Below are positions 8,033 through 18,041 of a DNA stretch of 64,000 nucleotides, piece after piece. The stretch covers positions 832,001-896,000 of the forward strand of contig CAWDVR010000003.1 of NCBI GenBank assembly GCA_963805975.1, given 5' to 3'. The notes beneath the pieces were generated by a model. It had not been told where the DNA came from and made no database searches. It saw only the letters and a program-made list of their open reading frames with translations. This stretch comes from an uncultured Acidobacteriota bacterium. GTDB lineage: Bacteria > Acidobacteriota > Thermoanaerobaculia > Multivoradales > SZUA-115. A program made the translations under genes and the position numbers. Numbering within the stretch: position 1 is the first letter of the stretch; every line of letters starts with the position of its first letter.

Positions 8033-10251
8033 AGAGAGTCGAGAAGCGAAGGCACACGGCGTGGCTCTGCCTGCTGCTCTGCGGGCTGGCCCCGGCCGCC
8101 TCCCTATCCGCGGCCGAGGTGCGGCACTTCCGGGCCGACGGCCGCGAGGAGCTCGCCGCGGGCGAGCTCGACGGCATCAGCCTCGACCCGCTGGGGCGGC
8201 TGGCGCTCGCCGACCGCGTGGAGCGGGTGGCCGGCGTGGAGGAGCCCTTCCTGCTGGCGGCGGCGCGCCATCCCAAGGGCTGGGTGGTGGGGACCGGCAA
8301 CGCCGGCAAGGTGGTGCTGGTCGACGCCCGAGGCAACGTCTCGACGCTCTTCACCACGGCGGAGACGCAGGTCTTCGCCGTCCACGCCGAGGCGGACGGC
8401 ACGGTCTTCGCCGGCACCTCGCCGCACGGTAAGGTCTACCGCATCACGCCGGACGGCAAGGGAGAGGTCTTCTTCGACCCCGGCGAGACCTACATCTGGG
8501 CTCTCGAGCGCTCCGGCGGCGGCGGCCTGCTGGTGGCGACCGGCACCCAGGGCAAGCTCTTCGAGGTCGACGCCGCCGGCCGGGGCAAGGTGCTCTACGA
8601 CGGCGACGACACCCACCTGCGCTCGCTCGCCGTGCTCCCCGGCGGCGACCTCCTCGCCGGCACCGCCGACGAGGGGCTGATCCTCCGCATCCAGCCGAAC
8701 GGTGCGGTGCGCACGCTCTACGACGCCGCGACCCCCGAGGTGGTGGCGCTCGCCGTGGGCGAGGGCGGCGAGGCCTGGGCGGCGGTGGTCAACTCCGAGG
8801 CCAGCCTGGCCGAGCCCGAGGCCGCGGCCGGAACGGAAGCCGGCGCCCGCCGCGCACCGGTCCGCGTCCGCGAGAGCGACGGCGAGCCCACGCCCGTGGT
8901 CACGGTCAGCGAAGGCGCCGAGGTGCCGGCCGAGCCGGTCCGGCCGCGCGGCGGCCGCGGACCGCGCACCGAGATCCTGAAGATCTCCCCCTCCGGCCTC
9001 ACCGAGACGGTGTGGACCTTCTTCGAGGAAACGGCGTTCTCCCTTCTCTGGCAACGGGGCAGGCTCTGGGTGGGCACCGGCCTCGAGGGCAAGCTCTTCG
9101 CCTACGACGGCGCCTCGATGGTGCTCGAAAAGGACGCTCCCGAGCGGCAGATCGTGGCCCTGATGGCCGGCGATCCCGCACAGAAAGAGGTGGGGCCGAC
9201 CTTCGCCACCACCAACGCCGCCGCCCTCTTCCGCTTCGCCGGCGGCTCGGAACGCCGTGGCACCTACACCAGCCAGGCGCTGGACGCCGGCTCGGTCGCC
9301 GCCTTCGGCACCCTCCACTGGGAGGGCACGCTGCCCAAGGGAGCGGTGCTCTCCTTCTCGGCGCGGAGCGGCCTCTCCGCCGCTCCCGACCGCACCTGGT
9401 CGGAGTGGACGGCGCCCTCCTCCGGGCCGGAGATCCCGCTCACGGCGCTGCCGCGGGGCCGCTTCGTGCAGTGGCGGGCCGAGCTCTCGGCGGGCAACGG
9501 TGCGTCGCCACAGCTCTACGCCGTGGATCTCTCCTACCGGCAGGAGAACCTGAAGCCCATCATCCGCTCGCTCTCCGCTCTCGAGCCCGGCCAGGTGCTG
9601 GTGCCGGCCGGCTTCAACCCCGGCAACCAGGTCTTCGAGCCCGCGCACCCGGCCCGCGACGGCATCTTCACGCCCCTGGGCGAGGCCTCGTCCGGCGACG
9701 AAGGGCGGCAGAAGACGCTGTGGAAGAAGGGCTACCAGACGCTGCGCTGGGAGGCGAGCGACCCCAACGCCGACCCGCTCCGCTACCGGCTCGAGATCGC
9801 TCCGGCGGCGACAGACGCGGGTTGGCTGCCGGTGGCGGACGACCTCGAGGCCACTCAATACGGCTTCGACGCCACGGTGCTGCCGGACGGCATCTACCGC
9901 TTCCGCCTCTCGGCCTCGGACGGCGAAGGCAACGGCGGTGAGGGCCTCACCTCGACGCAGGTCTCCGAGCCGGTGACCGTGGATCACACGCCTCCGGCGC
10001 TGGTCTCGGCCGAGAGGAAAGGCGGCAAGCTGGTGGTGTCCGCGCGCGATCAGACGAGCCCGCTCACCGAGGCCGTGGTGAGCGTCGACGCCGGCTCGTG
10101 GGCGCCGGCCCCGGCGGCGGACGGCCTCACCGACGGGCGCCGCGAGAGCTTCGAGATCCCCGTGCCGGAGAAGGCCCGGATCGTCCTCCTGCGGCTGACC
10201 GACGCCGCGTACAATGTCGTCACCTTCGACCTGACCGACAAGCTCCGCTAG
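8029..10251 (+). CDS. Secreted beta-propeller (WD40-like) protein with Ig/FN3-like C-terminal domains, partner of the S55 peptidase
   Basis: ATGA overlap with the upstream gene; signal peptide; repeated GT.P.GKVY/GTQGKLF blades; W.ASDPNAD.L.Y and DHTPP Ig-like motifs. Confidence 0.75.
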   Translation: MKRVEKRRHTAWLCLLLCGLAPAASLSAAEVRHFRADGREELAAGELDGISLDPLGRLALADRVERVAGVEEPFLLAAARHPKGWVVGTGNAGKVVLVDARGNVSTLFTTAETQVFAVHAEADGTVFAGTSPHGKVYRITPDGKGEVFFDPGETYIWALERSGGGGLLVATGTQGKLFEVDAAGRGKVLYDGDDTHLRSLAVLPGGDLLAGTADEGLILRIQPNGAVRTLYDAATPEVVALAVGEGGEAWAAVVNSEASLAEPEAAAGTEAGARRAPVRVRESDGEPTPVVTVSEGAEVPAEPVRPRGGRGPRTEILKISPSGLTETVWTFFEETAFSLLWQRGRLWVGTGLEGKLFAYDGASMVLEKDAPERQIVALMAGDPAQKEVGPTFATTNAAALFRFAGGSERRGTYTSQALDAGSVAAFGTLHWEGTLPKGAVLSFSARSGLSAAPDRTWSEWTAPSSGPEIPLTALPRGRFVQWRAELSAGNGASPQLYAVDLSYRQENLKPIIRSLSALEPGQVLVPAGFNPGNQVFEPAHPARDGIFTPLGEASSGDEGRQKTLWKKGYQTLRWEASDPNADPLRYRLEIAPAATDAGWLPVADDLEATQYGFDATVLPDGIYRFRLSASDGEGNGGEGLTSTQVSEPVTVDHTPPALVSAERKGGKLVVSARDQTSPLTEAVVSVDAGSWAPAPAADGLTDGRRESFEIPVPEKARIVLLRLTDAAYNVVTFDLTDKLR

Positions 10252-10260
10252 CCGACCACC

Positions 10261-10764
10261 ATGAAAAAGCGGATCGCCGTCTACGCCGGCACTTTCGACC
10301 CGATGCACAACGGGCATCTCGACATCATCGACCGCTGCCTGCCGCTCTTTGAGGAGGTGCAGGTGGCGGTGCTCAACAACGAGGCCAAGAACCCGTGGTT
10401 CTCGAGCGAGGAGCGGATGGAGATGATCCAGGAGCTGGTGGCCGGCAAGAGCGCCGTCAAGGTGGTGAGCTTCTCCGGCCTGCTGGTCGACTTCATGGAA
10501 CGCATCGGCGCGCAGACCGTGGTGCGGGGCCTGCGCGCGGTGTCGGACTTCGAGTACGAGTTCCAGATGGCGCTGATGAACCGCCACCTGAACCCGCGCG
10601 TCGAGACCGTGTTCATGATGCCGAGCCAGGAGTACAGCTACCTGTCGAGCCGGCTAGTGAAAGAGGTCTTCACCTTCGGCGGCGATCTGACCGGCCTGGT
10701 GCCGGAGATGGTGGCCGCGCGGCTCGGCGAGCGTCTCGAGGAACGGACAGCGGGGAAGAAGTAG
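10261..10764 (+). CDS. coaD: Pantetheine-phosphate adenylyltransferase
   Basis: AVYAGTFDPMHNGHLDII, VVRGLRAVSDFEYEFQMALMN, YLSSRLVKEV. Confidence 0.97.
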   Translation: MKKRIAVYAGTFDPMHNGHLDIIDRCLPLFEEVQVAVLNNEAKNPWFSSEERMEMIQELVAGKSAVKVVSFSGLLVDFMERIGAQTVVRGLRAVSDFEYEFQMALMNRHLNPRVETVFMMPSQEYSYLSSRLVKEVFTFGGDLTGLVPEMVAARLGERLEERTAGKK

Positions 10765-10781
10765 GGGCAGGCCGCTGCCTG

Positions 10782-11834
10782 ATGGAAACCGAGAGCCCCC
10801 TCCGCTCCTTCCTCCTCGCCCTGCCCAAGGTCGAGCTCCACGTCCATCTCGAAGGCTCCATGCAGCCGGCCACGCTGCTGCGGCTGGCGCGGCGCCACGG
10901 CATCGAGCTGCCGGCGGCGGACGAGGCCGGGCTCGCGCGCTGGTTTACTTTTCGCGACTTCCCGCACTTCGTCGAGATCTATCTCACCCTCTCCCGCTGC
11001 CTGCGCGAGCCGGAGGACTTCTACGACCTGGCGCTCGGCTTCCTCGCCGAGCAGGCGCGGCAGAACGTGGTGTGGAGCGAGGTCCACTTCACCATCTCCA
11101 CCCACCAGGCGAACGGCGGCGAGGGCGAGGCCATCCGCCAGGCACTGCGCGCGGCGGCAGCCGAGGGCGAGCGGCGCCACGGCGTGCGCTGCGGGTGGAT
11201 CCCGGACATCGTGCGCAACGCGCCGCCCGAGCGGGCGGACTGGACGGTCGAGTGGGCGCTCGCAGACCGCGGGCTGCCGGCGGTTTCGAGCGGCGCGGTG
11301 GTGGCCCTGGGCCTCGCGGGCATGGAGGCGGGCCATCCGCCCGAGCCGTTCGCGCCGCACTTCGCGGCGGCGCGCCGCGGCGGTCTGCACGTGGTGGCGC
11401 ACGCCGGCGAGCACTCGGGGCCGGAGTCGGTGCGTGCGGCCGTCGAGGCCCTGGGAGCGGAGCGCATCGGCCACGGAGTGGCGGCGGCCCGCGACCCGGC
11501 GCTGACGGCCGAGCTCGCGCGGCAGCGCATCCCGCTCGAGGTCTGCCCGACCTCGAACGTCTGCCTGGGCGTGGCGCCGGACCTCGCGTCCCACCCCTTC
11601 GACCGCCTGCGCCGGGCAGGCATTGCCGTGTCCGTCAACTCCGACGACGCACCGCTCTTCGGCACCACTCTCCTCGACGAGTACCTGGCACTGGCCCGGA
11701 CCTTCGGCTACGGCCCCGCCGAGCTCAAGAGCTTGGTCCTCGCCGGCATCGAGCACTCGTTCCTGCCGGAGGGGGAGAGGGCTGCGCTCGCGGCAAGGGT
11801 GAGGGCGGTGGTGGAGGAGGAGGTGGGCGGGTAG
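10782..11834 (+). CDS. add: Adenosine/adenine deaminase
   Basis: LPKVELHVHLEGS, AHAGE, RIGHG, LEVCPTSN, NSDD motifs. Confidence 0.93.
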   Translation: METESPLRSFLLALPKVELHVHLEGSMQPATLLRLARRHGIELPAADEAGLARWFTFRDFPHFVEIYLTLSRCLREPEDFYDLALGFLAEQARQNVVWSEVHFTISTHQANGGEGEAIRQALRAAAAEGERRHGVRCGWIPDIVRNAPPERADWTVEWALADRGLPAVSSGAVVALGLAGMEAGHPPEPFAPHFAAARRGGLHVVAHAGEHSGPESVRAAVEALGAERIGHGVAAARDPALTAELARQRIPLEVCPTSNVCLGVAPDLASHPFDRLRRAGIAVSVNSDDAPLFGTTLLDEYLALARTFGYGPAELKSLVLAGIEHSFLPEGERAALAARVRAVVEEEVGG

Positions 11835-11895
11835 TGCGTAAGTTCGACCTCTGACTGGTGCGCCAAGGCGGTGAGCCGGGCCGCCTGCGGAGCCG

Positions 11896-12007
11896 GATGG
11901 ATTCCCGCGTTCGCGGGAATGACGGGTGCTGGCCGTCCGCAGAGTCGAGCTTGGGGGGCAGCGTTGCTGTTCCCCTTGTGTCATTCCCGCGAACGCGGGA
12001 ATCCATC
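11896..12007. repeat. REP/RPE-like palindromic element pair (GTCATTCCCGCGAACGCGGGAATCCA type)
   Basis: gatggattcccgcgttcgcgggaatgac (11896-11923) and reverse complement (11980-12007); same family as 1514-1588. Confidence 0.85.
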
Positions 12008-12087
12008 TGGCCCATCCCACACTAGCCCGGTGCCGGTGGGCGGTCTGCCTGGACTCGGTGGTGTGACTGCTGGCACCATACCTGACC

Positions 12088-12492
12088 ATGCAAGTCTGGG
12101 AGCAGTTCTCGTATCGGGTTTTCTGGTCCGAGGAGGACCATGAGTTCATTGGGGTTTGCGCCGAACTGTCTGGGCTGAGCTGGCTCGCGAAGACTCCCGA
12201 GGAAGCGCTGCAAGGGATCCGTCGGGCGGCGCGCGACGGAGTGCGGCTCCTCGAACAGGAGGGCGATCCGGTTCCGCAGCCGATCGGCGCGCGGAGCTTC
12301 AGCGGCGTCTTCAAGGTCCGTGTGCCGTCCGAGCTGCACCGCCGGCTGGTGCTCGAAGCGACTGAGCAGAGAGTTTCGCTCAACCGCTTGGTGTCGGCCA
12401 AGCTCGCCGCTCCTGCCCTTGCGCCAACCCCGCGGAAGTCGACGACGAGTCGTAGAGCCCCTGCCAGTGCCACCCTCAGAGGCTCCAGCTAA
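12088..12492 (+). CDS. hicB: HicB family antitoxin (orphan)
   Basis: YRVFWSEEDHEFIGVCAE...LSWLAKTPEEAL N-domain; SG.F.VRVPSELHRRL...VSLNRLV ribbon-helix-helix. Confidence 0.85.
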   Translation: MQVWEQFSYRVFWSEEDHEFIGVCAELSGLSWLAKTPEEALQGIRRAARDGVRLLEQEGDPVPQPIGARSFSGVFKVRVPSELHRRLVLEATEQRVSLNRLVSAKLAAPALAPTPRKSTTSRRAPASATLRGSS

Positions 12493-12538
12493 TTAACGCC
12501 GAACAACGCCGTCGGTCGTGCGGTAGCGAACGCCTCCG

Positions 12539-13891
12539 CTACCAGGTCCGCCGCAGCGGGTGCGCCTCGGTGTTGAAGACCACGACCTTCCGCAGGTCGA
12601 GGGTCTCGTCCGGAGCGAACAGTAGATAGAGGTACTTGAGGGTCTCGGCCAGGAAGTAGCTGGGCATCAAGTCACCCTTCTCCTTGCTCACCACGTCCTT
12701 CAAGGTGGTGTAGCCGGCGTCGGTGCGGCAGTGGGTGAGGAGCCCCTCGAAGAAGGTCCGTCCCATCTCCAGGTAGCGCGGGTCCTTGGTCAGCCGGTGG
12801 AGGTAGTAGGCCGACTCGATGATCTCCGGCCGCAACGGGTAGCCGGTGTGGATCGCCCGCATCTCTCGATAGTCGAGCACCTCGGGCTCGATGCCGTGCA
12901 GGTTCCACATCGAGAAGCACGAGTCCTGGAGGCGGCGTGCCCGGCGGAGGTCACCGCCGAGCGCGAGGACCGAAGGCAGGAAGGCGTGCAGGGCCCCGAA
13001 CTCCGTGCCCGTCCGTTTGCCGGTGCTCATGTCCACGGACCCGTACCAGAGGCCCGTGGGGGCCTTGTCGGCCAAGTGGCGGTCGAGCGCGCGCCGGCTG
13101 CGGCGCCACATGCGCTCACAGTCCCGGTCGCCGAAGAGGCGCGAGCACTTGAGGAGGTACTCGTAGTAGGAGTCGATGCCGCCGCCGACGTGGCTCACGG
13201 GGCTCACCCACTGGCCGGTCTCGACGTCGATCTCCTCGCCCACCAGGCCGAGCTTCGAGCGCCGCTCGTAGAGGGCCACCAGCGCCCGCTTTGCCTTGTC
13301 GAAGAAGACCGGCTTGCCGGTGAGCTTCGCGAGGGTGCCGAATTCCAGGATGAGCGTGCCGATCTCGGCGGGGTTGGTGCGCGCGCCGGATGTCTCGCCG
13401 GTCTTCAGGTTGACGAACATGTAGGGCATGCCGGTGGGGGAGTCGAAGACGGGGAGGAGCCGGGTGCCCAGATCCTCGGCGAGCTTCAGCAGGCGCGCGT
13501 CGCCGGTCATCTGGTAGCCCGAGAGCAGCCCGCCGAGGGTGCGGATGGTGATCTCGAAGTTCTTGACCGAGATGTCCTTGTCGAAGGAGAGCCGCTCGAC
13601 GATCAACGCCTTCGCCTTCTCGGCTTCCTCCGTCAGACCCATGAGGAGGAGCGTGTCGAGCGTGTCCACCGGCGTCATGAGCAGTGACTCGCCATGCCAG
13701 TCGTGGGCCGTCTTGCTCACCGGCCGGAGCTCGTCGTGCCCCCAGGCGTGCTGCTCGTAGGCTCGCCAGGCGAAGAGCAGCTCGGCGCGGACCCGCGCCG
13801 CCAGCTCGGGCCGGTTCACCGTGGCAGATTCGGCCTCTGCGCCAGATGCGGAGAGAGAGGCCAGAAGGAGGACGGTCCACCACACTTTCAT
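12539..13891 (-). CDS. Glycoside hydrolase family 47 (alpha-1,2-mannosidase), secreted
   Basis: Signal peptide; AWGHDELRPVS, FEITIRTLGGLLS, GGIDSYYEYLLK, YPLRPEIIES, SYFLAETLKYLYLLF, FNTEAHPL. Confidence 0.93.
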   Translation of the reverse strand: MKVWWTVLLLASLSASGAEAESATVNRPELAARVRAELLFAWRAYEQHAWGHDELRPVSKTAHDWHGESLLMTPVDTLDTLLLMGLTEEAEKAKALIVERLSFDKDISVKNFEITIRTLGGLLSGYQMTGDARLLKLAEDLGTRLLPVFDSPTGMPYMFVNLKTGETSGARTNPAEIGTLILEFGTLAKLTGKPVFFDKAKRALVALYERRSKLGLVGEEIDVETGQWVSPVSHVGGGIDSYYEYLLKCSRLFGDRDCERMWRRSRRALDRHLADKAPTGLWYGSVDMSTGKRTGTEFGALHAFLPSVLALGGDLRRARRLQDSCFSMWNLHGIEPEVLDYREMRAIHTGYPLRPEIIESAYYLHRLTKDPRYLEMGRTFFEGLLTHCRTDAGYTTLKDVVSKEKGDLMPSYFLAETLKYLYLLFAPDETLDLRKVVVFNTEAHPLRRTW

Positions 13892-14811
13892 TTCTTGCCT
13901 CCGTGGGTCAGGAGCACGGCGCCGACGACCATCACCGCCGCGAGCAGGGTGCGGCCGGTGATCACCTCGTCGCCTGCGGCCCAGGCGAGCAGGAGGGCGA
14001 TCACCGGGTTGACGAAGGCGTAGGTGCCCACCGCGGCCGGGGTCGTGACCCGAAGCAGCCAGGTGAAGGCAGCCATACCGAGCGCGGTACCGCAGAGGAT
14101 GAGAAAGGCCATCGCTGCGACGCCGCGGAAGGTCAGGCTTGCGAACGGCGAGCCGCCGAGCTCGCCGAAGGCGATGCTCGCGACCGCGACCACGATCGAA
14201 CCGGCCGCGAGCTGCATGGCCGTGGACTGCACGGCCGATTCCGTCCGGGCCCCGTGCCGGGCGATGAGCGAGCCCACGGCCCAGGAGGCGCCGCAGGCCA
14301 CCAGCGCCAGGCGGTCGGCGAGCGTGCCCCCCGTCTCGGCATGCTGCATCTCGGAATGTGGTGCGCTGCCGGTGGTGAGCACGGCGATGCCCAGAACGCC
14401 GAGGCCGAGCCCGGCCAGCACCCGCCATGACGGCGAGCGCCGTTCGCGGAGCGCGGTCAGCAGCACCAGCGACAGCGGGATCGAAGTGAGGTAGAGCGCC
14501 GCCTGGCCGGACGAGACGCGCTGCTCGGCCCAGGCCAGCACCCCGTGGCAGCCCAGGAAGAGGAAGACTCCCGCCAGCGCCGCCACCCGCCACTGCGCCG
14601 CCGTCGAGCGCTCCGGCCGCTCGCCCGCGAAGCGGGCGCTCGACAAGTACCAGGCGTAGAGCACGAGCGCGCCGCCCGCGCAGCGGATCGCGATCATCCA
14701 GAGCGGCGGCAGCTCGGCCACGGCGTAGCGGATCGCCAGGAAAGTACCACCCCAGAACAGATAGATCGCGGCAAAGGCCGCCACGATCCGGATGCGGGAC
14801 GGGTCGCTCAC
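13888..14811 (-). CDS. EamA/DMT family transporter (YedA-like)
   Basis: AIYLFWGGTFLAIR, about 10 TM segments, TYAFVNPVIA; GTG start with GGAG RBS. Confidence 0.9.
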   Translation of the reverse strand: MSDPSRIRIVAAFAAIYLFWGGTFLAIRYAVAELPPLWMIAIRCAGGALVLYAWYLSSARFAGERPERSTAAQWRVAALAGVFLFLGCHGVLAWAEQRVSSGQAALYLTSIPLSLVLLTALRERRSPSWRVLAGLGLGVLGIAVLTTGSAPHSEMQHAETGGTLADRLALVACGASWAVGSLIARHGARTESAVQSTAMQLAAGSIVVAVASIAFGELGGSPFASLTFRGVAAMAFLILCGTALGMAAFTWLLRVTTPAAVGTYAFVNPVIALLLAWAAGDEVITGRTLLAAVMVVGAVLLTHGGKK

Positions 14812-14909
14812 TTCTCCGGCAGATAGTTGCTGAAGTGCCACAGGTGGCCCTCGGGGCAGGGAAAGAGGTTGGGAGTGGAGGCCGCGAGCCGAGGCTACGC
14901 TGGCACCGA

Positions 14910-15407
14910 CTACACGCTCCGCGCGCGGACCTCTTCGGAGGTGAGGCCGTAGAGCGGTGGGCTTCCGACGCCGAGCATCGACAGGTAGGTGTAGATCTGC
15001 CCGCGGTGGTGCGCCTCGTGCTCGGCCATGGAGCGCAGCCACTTCCAGACCGGGAGCGAGGCGCCACCGGGGGTAACGCAGCGCCGTTGCAGGTCGCCGG
15101 GAGAGAGGCGAGCGAGGATCTCGACGGACTCCTCGTGCATGCGCGCCAGGAACGCGAAGACCTCGTCGTAGCCGTCCGCGAGCTCAGGCCCATGGCCGGG
15201 ATACCGGCTCGGCCTCAGCGCCGCGTTCTCGGCGAACATGTAGCGCTCGGTGGCGCCCAGATGGCGGAGCAGGTCCCCGAAGCTGAACTTGCCCTCGCGA
15301 TAGGACCACTCGAGGTGCTCGCGCGGGATCTGCCGGGCGACGTGGAGGGTCCGTTCGCGGACCTTTCCGAAGTAGGCGAGGAACGGCTGGATGGCAAGGA
15401 TCTCCAT
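14910..15407 (-). CDS. DinB family protein
   Basis: FSFGDLLRHL and EHEAHHRGQI His motifs. Confidence 0.88.
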   Translation of the reverse strand: MEILAIQPFLAYFGKVRERTLHVARQIPREHLEWSYREGKFSFGDLLRHLGATERYMFAENAALRPSRYPGHGPELADGYDEVFAFLARMHEESVEILARLSPGDLQRRCVTPGGASLPVWKWLRSMAEHEAHHRGQIYTYLSMLGVGSPPLYGLTSEEVRARSV

Positions 15408-15410
15408 GTT

Positions 15411-17093
15411 TCACTTCGCCTCTGCCAGCGCTCGCTTCCGTGCCGCCTCGAACTCGTCGCCAGGGTTCCAGGCCGGCAGGACCGGCGTCTCGGTGACCGC
15501 CAGGCCGCAGAAGAGGCCGATGCGGGCGTCCTCCACCATGCCGTCGAGGTTCCAGTCCGGGCTCCACTCGTCGCTCGGCTGGTGGTACTGCACCTGGGTC
15601 CAGCGCTCGATCTGCTCTTTGCCCCAGCCGGCCGGCCGGCCGATGAAGTCCGTGCCCTCGTCGAAGTAGAGGGCCGGCACGCCGATCTTCGCCAGGTTGA
15701 ACTGGTCGGAGCGGTAGAAGAAGCCCTTGTCCGGGAACTGGTCGGGCTTCACCGTCCGTCCCGCGGCGGCGGCGAAGCCGGAGGCGACCTGGTCGAGGGA
15801 GGACTTGCCGGCGCCGATCAGGGTGATGTCCCGCGTCTTGCCCCAGATGTTGCCGCCGTCGAAGTTGACGATCGCGGCGATGCGGCCGGGCAGGAAGGTG
15901 GGGTGGGTGGCGTAGTAGTTGGAGCCCAGCAGGCCCTGCTCCTCGGCGGCAAAGAAGAGAAACAGAACCGAGCGCCGGGGCGGCTGGGGGAGGCTGGTGA
16001 TGGCCCTGGCGATGGCCAGCACTTGCGAGACGCCGGCGGCGTTGTCCACCGCCCCGTTGTAGATCACGTCCTTGTCGCCGTCCGGCTCGCCCTGCCCCAG
16101 GTGGTCGTGGTGGGCGGAGAAGATCACCACCTGATCCTTGAACCTTGGGTCCGACCCGGGCAGCAGGCCGAGCACGTTGGCGGTCTGCGTGCGGCTCACC
16201 TCGTTGGCCAGGGTGAGCGAGCTCCGGATGCCCAGCGGCACGGGCTGGAAGTCCTTCTGCCGGGCCGCGGCGAGGAGCTCGTCGAGGTTCTTGCCGGCCG
16301 CGGCGAGCAGGCGCCGCGTGGCCGCCTCCGTGGCCCACGCCTTCACCTGGATGCGCGGCTCTCCGGCCGGCGGGAGCTCGAACTGCGGGCCGGTCCAGGA
16401 GGTCTGCACCACCTGCCACGGATAGCCGGCCGAAGGCGTGGTGTGGATGATGATCGCGCCGGCCGCACCCTGGCGCGCCGCGCTCTCGTACTTGTAGACC
16501 CAGCGGCCGTAGTAGAGCCGCGTGGTGCCGGCGAAGAGCGCCGGGTCCCAGTCGGGGTCGTTGTTGAGCATCAGCAGGATCTTGCCCTTCAAGTCCACGC
16601 CCTTGAAGTCGTCCCAGCCGTATTCCGGCGCCTGGATGCCGTAGCCCACGAACACCACCTCGGCGCCGTCGATCTTCGCCTGCGCCTCCGGCACGCCGCT
16701 GCCGGCGATGTAGTCCTCGTGCCAGGCGAGGTCCACTTTCTTGCCGTCCGCCGCGAAGCTCCACACCTTGGGCGCCGAGGCACGGACGGAGAGCACCTCG
16801 ATCGGCTGCTCCCAGGAACCGTTCTGTCCGCCGGGGCGCAACCCGAGGAAGCCGAGCTGAGACGCGATGTATTTCCTGGCGAGAGCATCACCCCGGCTCG
16901 CGGGGCCGCGGCCCTCGAGCAGATCGTCGGCAAGGAAGCGGATTGGCCCCTCGAGCGCCGCGGGCGTGATCAGCGCCGCGGCCTCCTCGGCGCCGGCGGG
17001 GAGCGGGGGAGGGGCGGCCGTGAGGGGAAGGGCAAGGACCAAGGCCGTGAAGGCCGTGGCGAGGAGAGTGGGGATGGTCGGGGTCGGGCGCAT
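15411..17093 (-). CDS. M28 family metallopeptidase with PA domain, secreted
   Basis: LADDLLEGRGP, VFVGYGIQAPEYGWDDF, SAHHDHLG, NGAVDNAAG, AEEQGLLGS, RSDQF, YHQPSD. Confidence 0.92.
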   Translation of the reverse strand: MRPTPTIPTLLATAFTALVLALPLTAAPPPLPAGAEEAAALITPAALEGPIRFLADDLLEGRGPASRGDALARKYIASQLGFLGLRPGGQNGSWEQPIEVLSVRASAPKVWSFAADGKKVDLAWHEDYIAGSGVPEAQAKIDGAEVVFVGYGIQAPEYGWDDFKGVDLKGKILLMLNNDPDWDPALFAGTTRLYYGRWVYKYESAARQGAAGAIIIHTTPSAGYPWQVVQTSWTGPQFELPPAGEPRIQVKAWATEAATRRLLAAAGKNLDELLAAARQKDFQPVPLGIRSSLTLANEVSRTQTANVLGLLPGSDPRFKDQVVIFSAHHDHLGQGEPDGDKDVIYNGAVDNAAGVSQVLAIARAITSLPQPPRRSVLFLFFAAEEQGLLGSNYYATHPTFLPGRIAAIVNFDGGNIWGKTRDITLIGAGKSSLDQVASGFAAAAGRTVKPDQFPDKGFFYRSDQFNLAKIGVPALYFDEGTDFIGRPAGWGKEQIERWTQVQYHQPSDEWSPDWNLDGMVEDARIGLFCGLAVTETPVLPAWNPGDEFEAARKRALAEAK

Positions 17094-17264
17094 TGATCCT
17101 CCGAAGCGTGTAGGTGGCCGGAGGGATCCTAGCGCGGTCTCGCGAGGGCCGCGAAGAGCGCGTGGCATCTGGCGAACCCGGGTTCCAAAAGACACGGCAC
17201 TGCCGGGCATGTCGAGGGCTCACGGCTGATAGCATCCGAGATCGCTCTTCCGACGGAGACCCCC

Positions 17265-18032
17265 ATGCTCACCACCCACGACCACGGCCCCATCCGCGAG
17301 CTCCGCCTCGACCGCCCGCCTGCCAATGCGCTCTCGCCGGAGCTGATCGCGGCGCTCCGGGCGGCGCTGGCCGAGGCGCCGGGGCAGGGGGCGGAGGCGA
17401 TCGTGATCTCCGGTGCGCCAGGGATGTTCTCGGCCGGGCTGGACGTGCCTTTGCTCCTCGGCCTCGACCGCGGCGGCATCCACGCCATGTGGCGGGACTT
17501 CTACGGCCTGCTGCACGAGCTCGCCGGCTCGCCGCTGCCGGTGGCGGCGGCGATCACCGGCCACGCACCCGCCGGCGGCGCGGTGATCGGCCTGTTCTGC
17601 GACCGCCGTTTCATGGCGGCGGCGCCGGAGGGCGGCAAGCCGTTCCGCATCGGCCTCAACGAGGTGAGGGTCGGCATCCCCATCCCGCCGGTCATCTACC
17701 GGGCGCTGGTGCTCCTGGTGGGCCCCTACCAGGCCGGCCGGCTGGTGACCGAGGGGCTGATGGTGCCGGCCGACGAGGCGCGGGCCCTGGGACTAGTCGA
17801 CGCCACGTTCCCGCAGGAGGGCGTGGTGGCGGGGACGGTGGCCTGGTGCGAGGGCCTGCTCAGGCTGCCGCGCCGCGCCATGGCCGAGACCCGCAAGCTC
17901 GCCCGGGCGGGTACCGTGGCCCTCTTCGAGCGCGGCTTCGCCGAGGTCGAGCACCTGGTGGGCATGTGGTTCGAGCCCGAGACCCAGGCGGGCCTCACGG
18001 CTTTGGTGGAGAGCCTGAGAAAGAAGGGGTAG
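17265..18032 (+). CDS. Enoyl-CoA hydratase/isomerase (delta-3,delta-2 isomerase-like)
   Basis: LDRPPANAL, FSAGLD, AAITGHAPAGG, IGLNEV. Confidence 0.9.
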   Translation: MLTTHDHGPIRELRLDRPPANALSPELIAALRAALAEAPGQGAEAIVISGAPGMFSAGLDVPLLLGLDRGGIHAMWRDFYGLLHELAGSPLPVAAAITGHAPAGGAVIGLFCDRRFMAAAPEGGKPFRIGLNEVRVGIPIPPVIYRALVLLVGPYQAGRLVTEGLMVPADEARALGLVDATFPQEGVVAGTVAWCEGLLRLPRRAMAETRKLARAGTVALFERGFAEVEHLVGMWFEPETQAGLTALVESLRKKG

Positions 18033-18041
18033 GGCGCGCTG

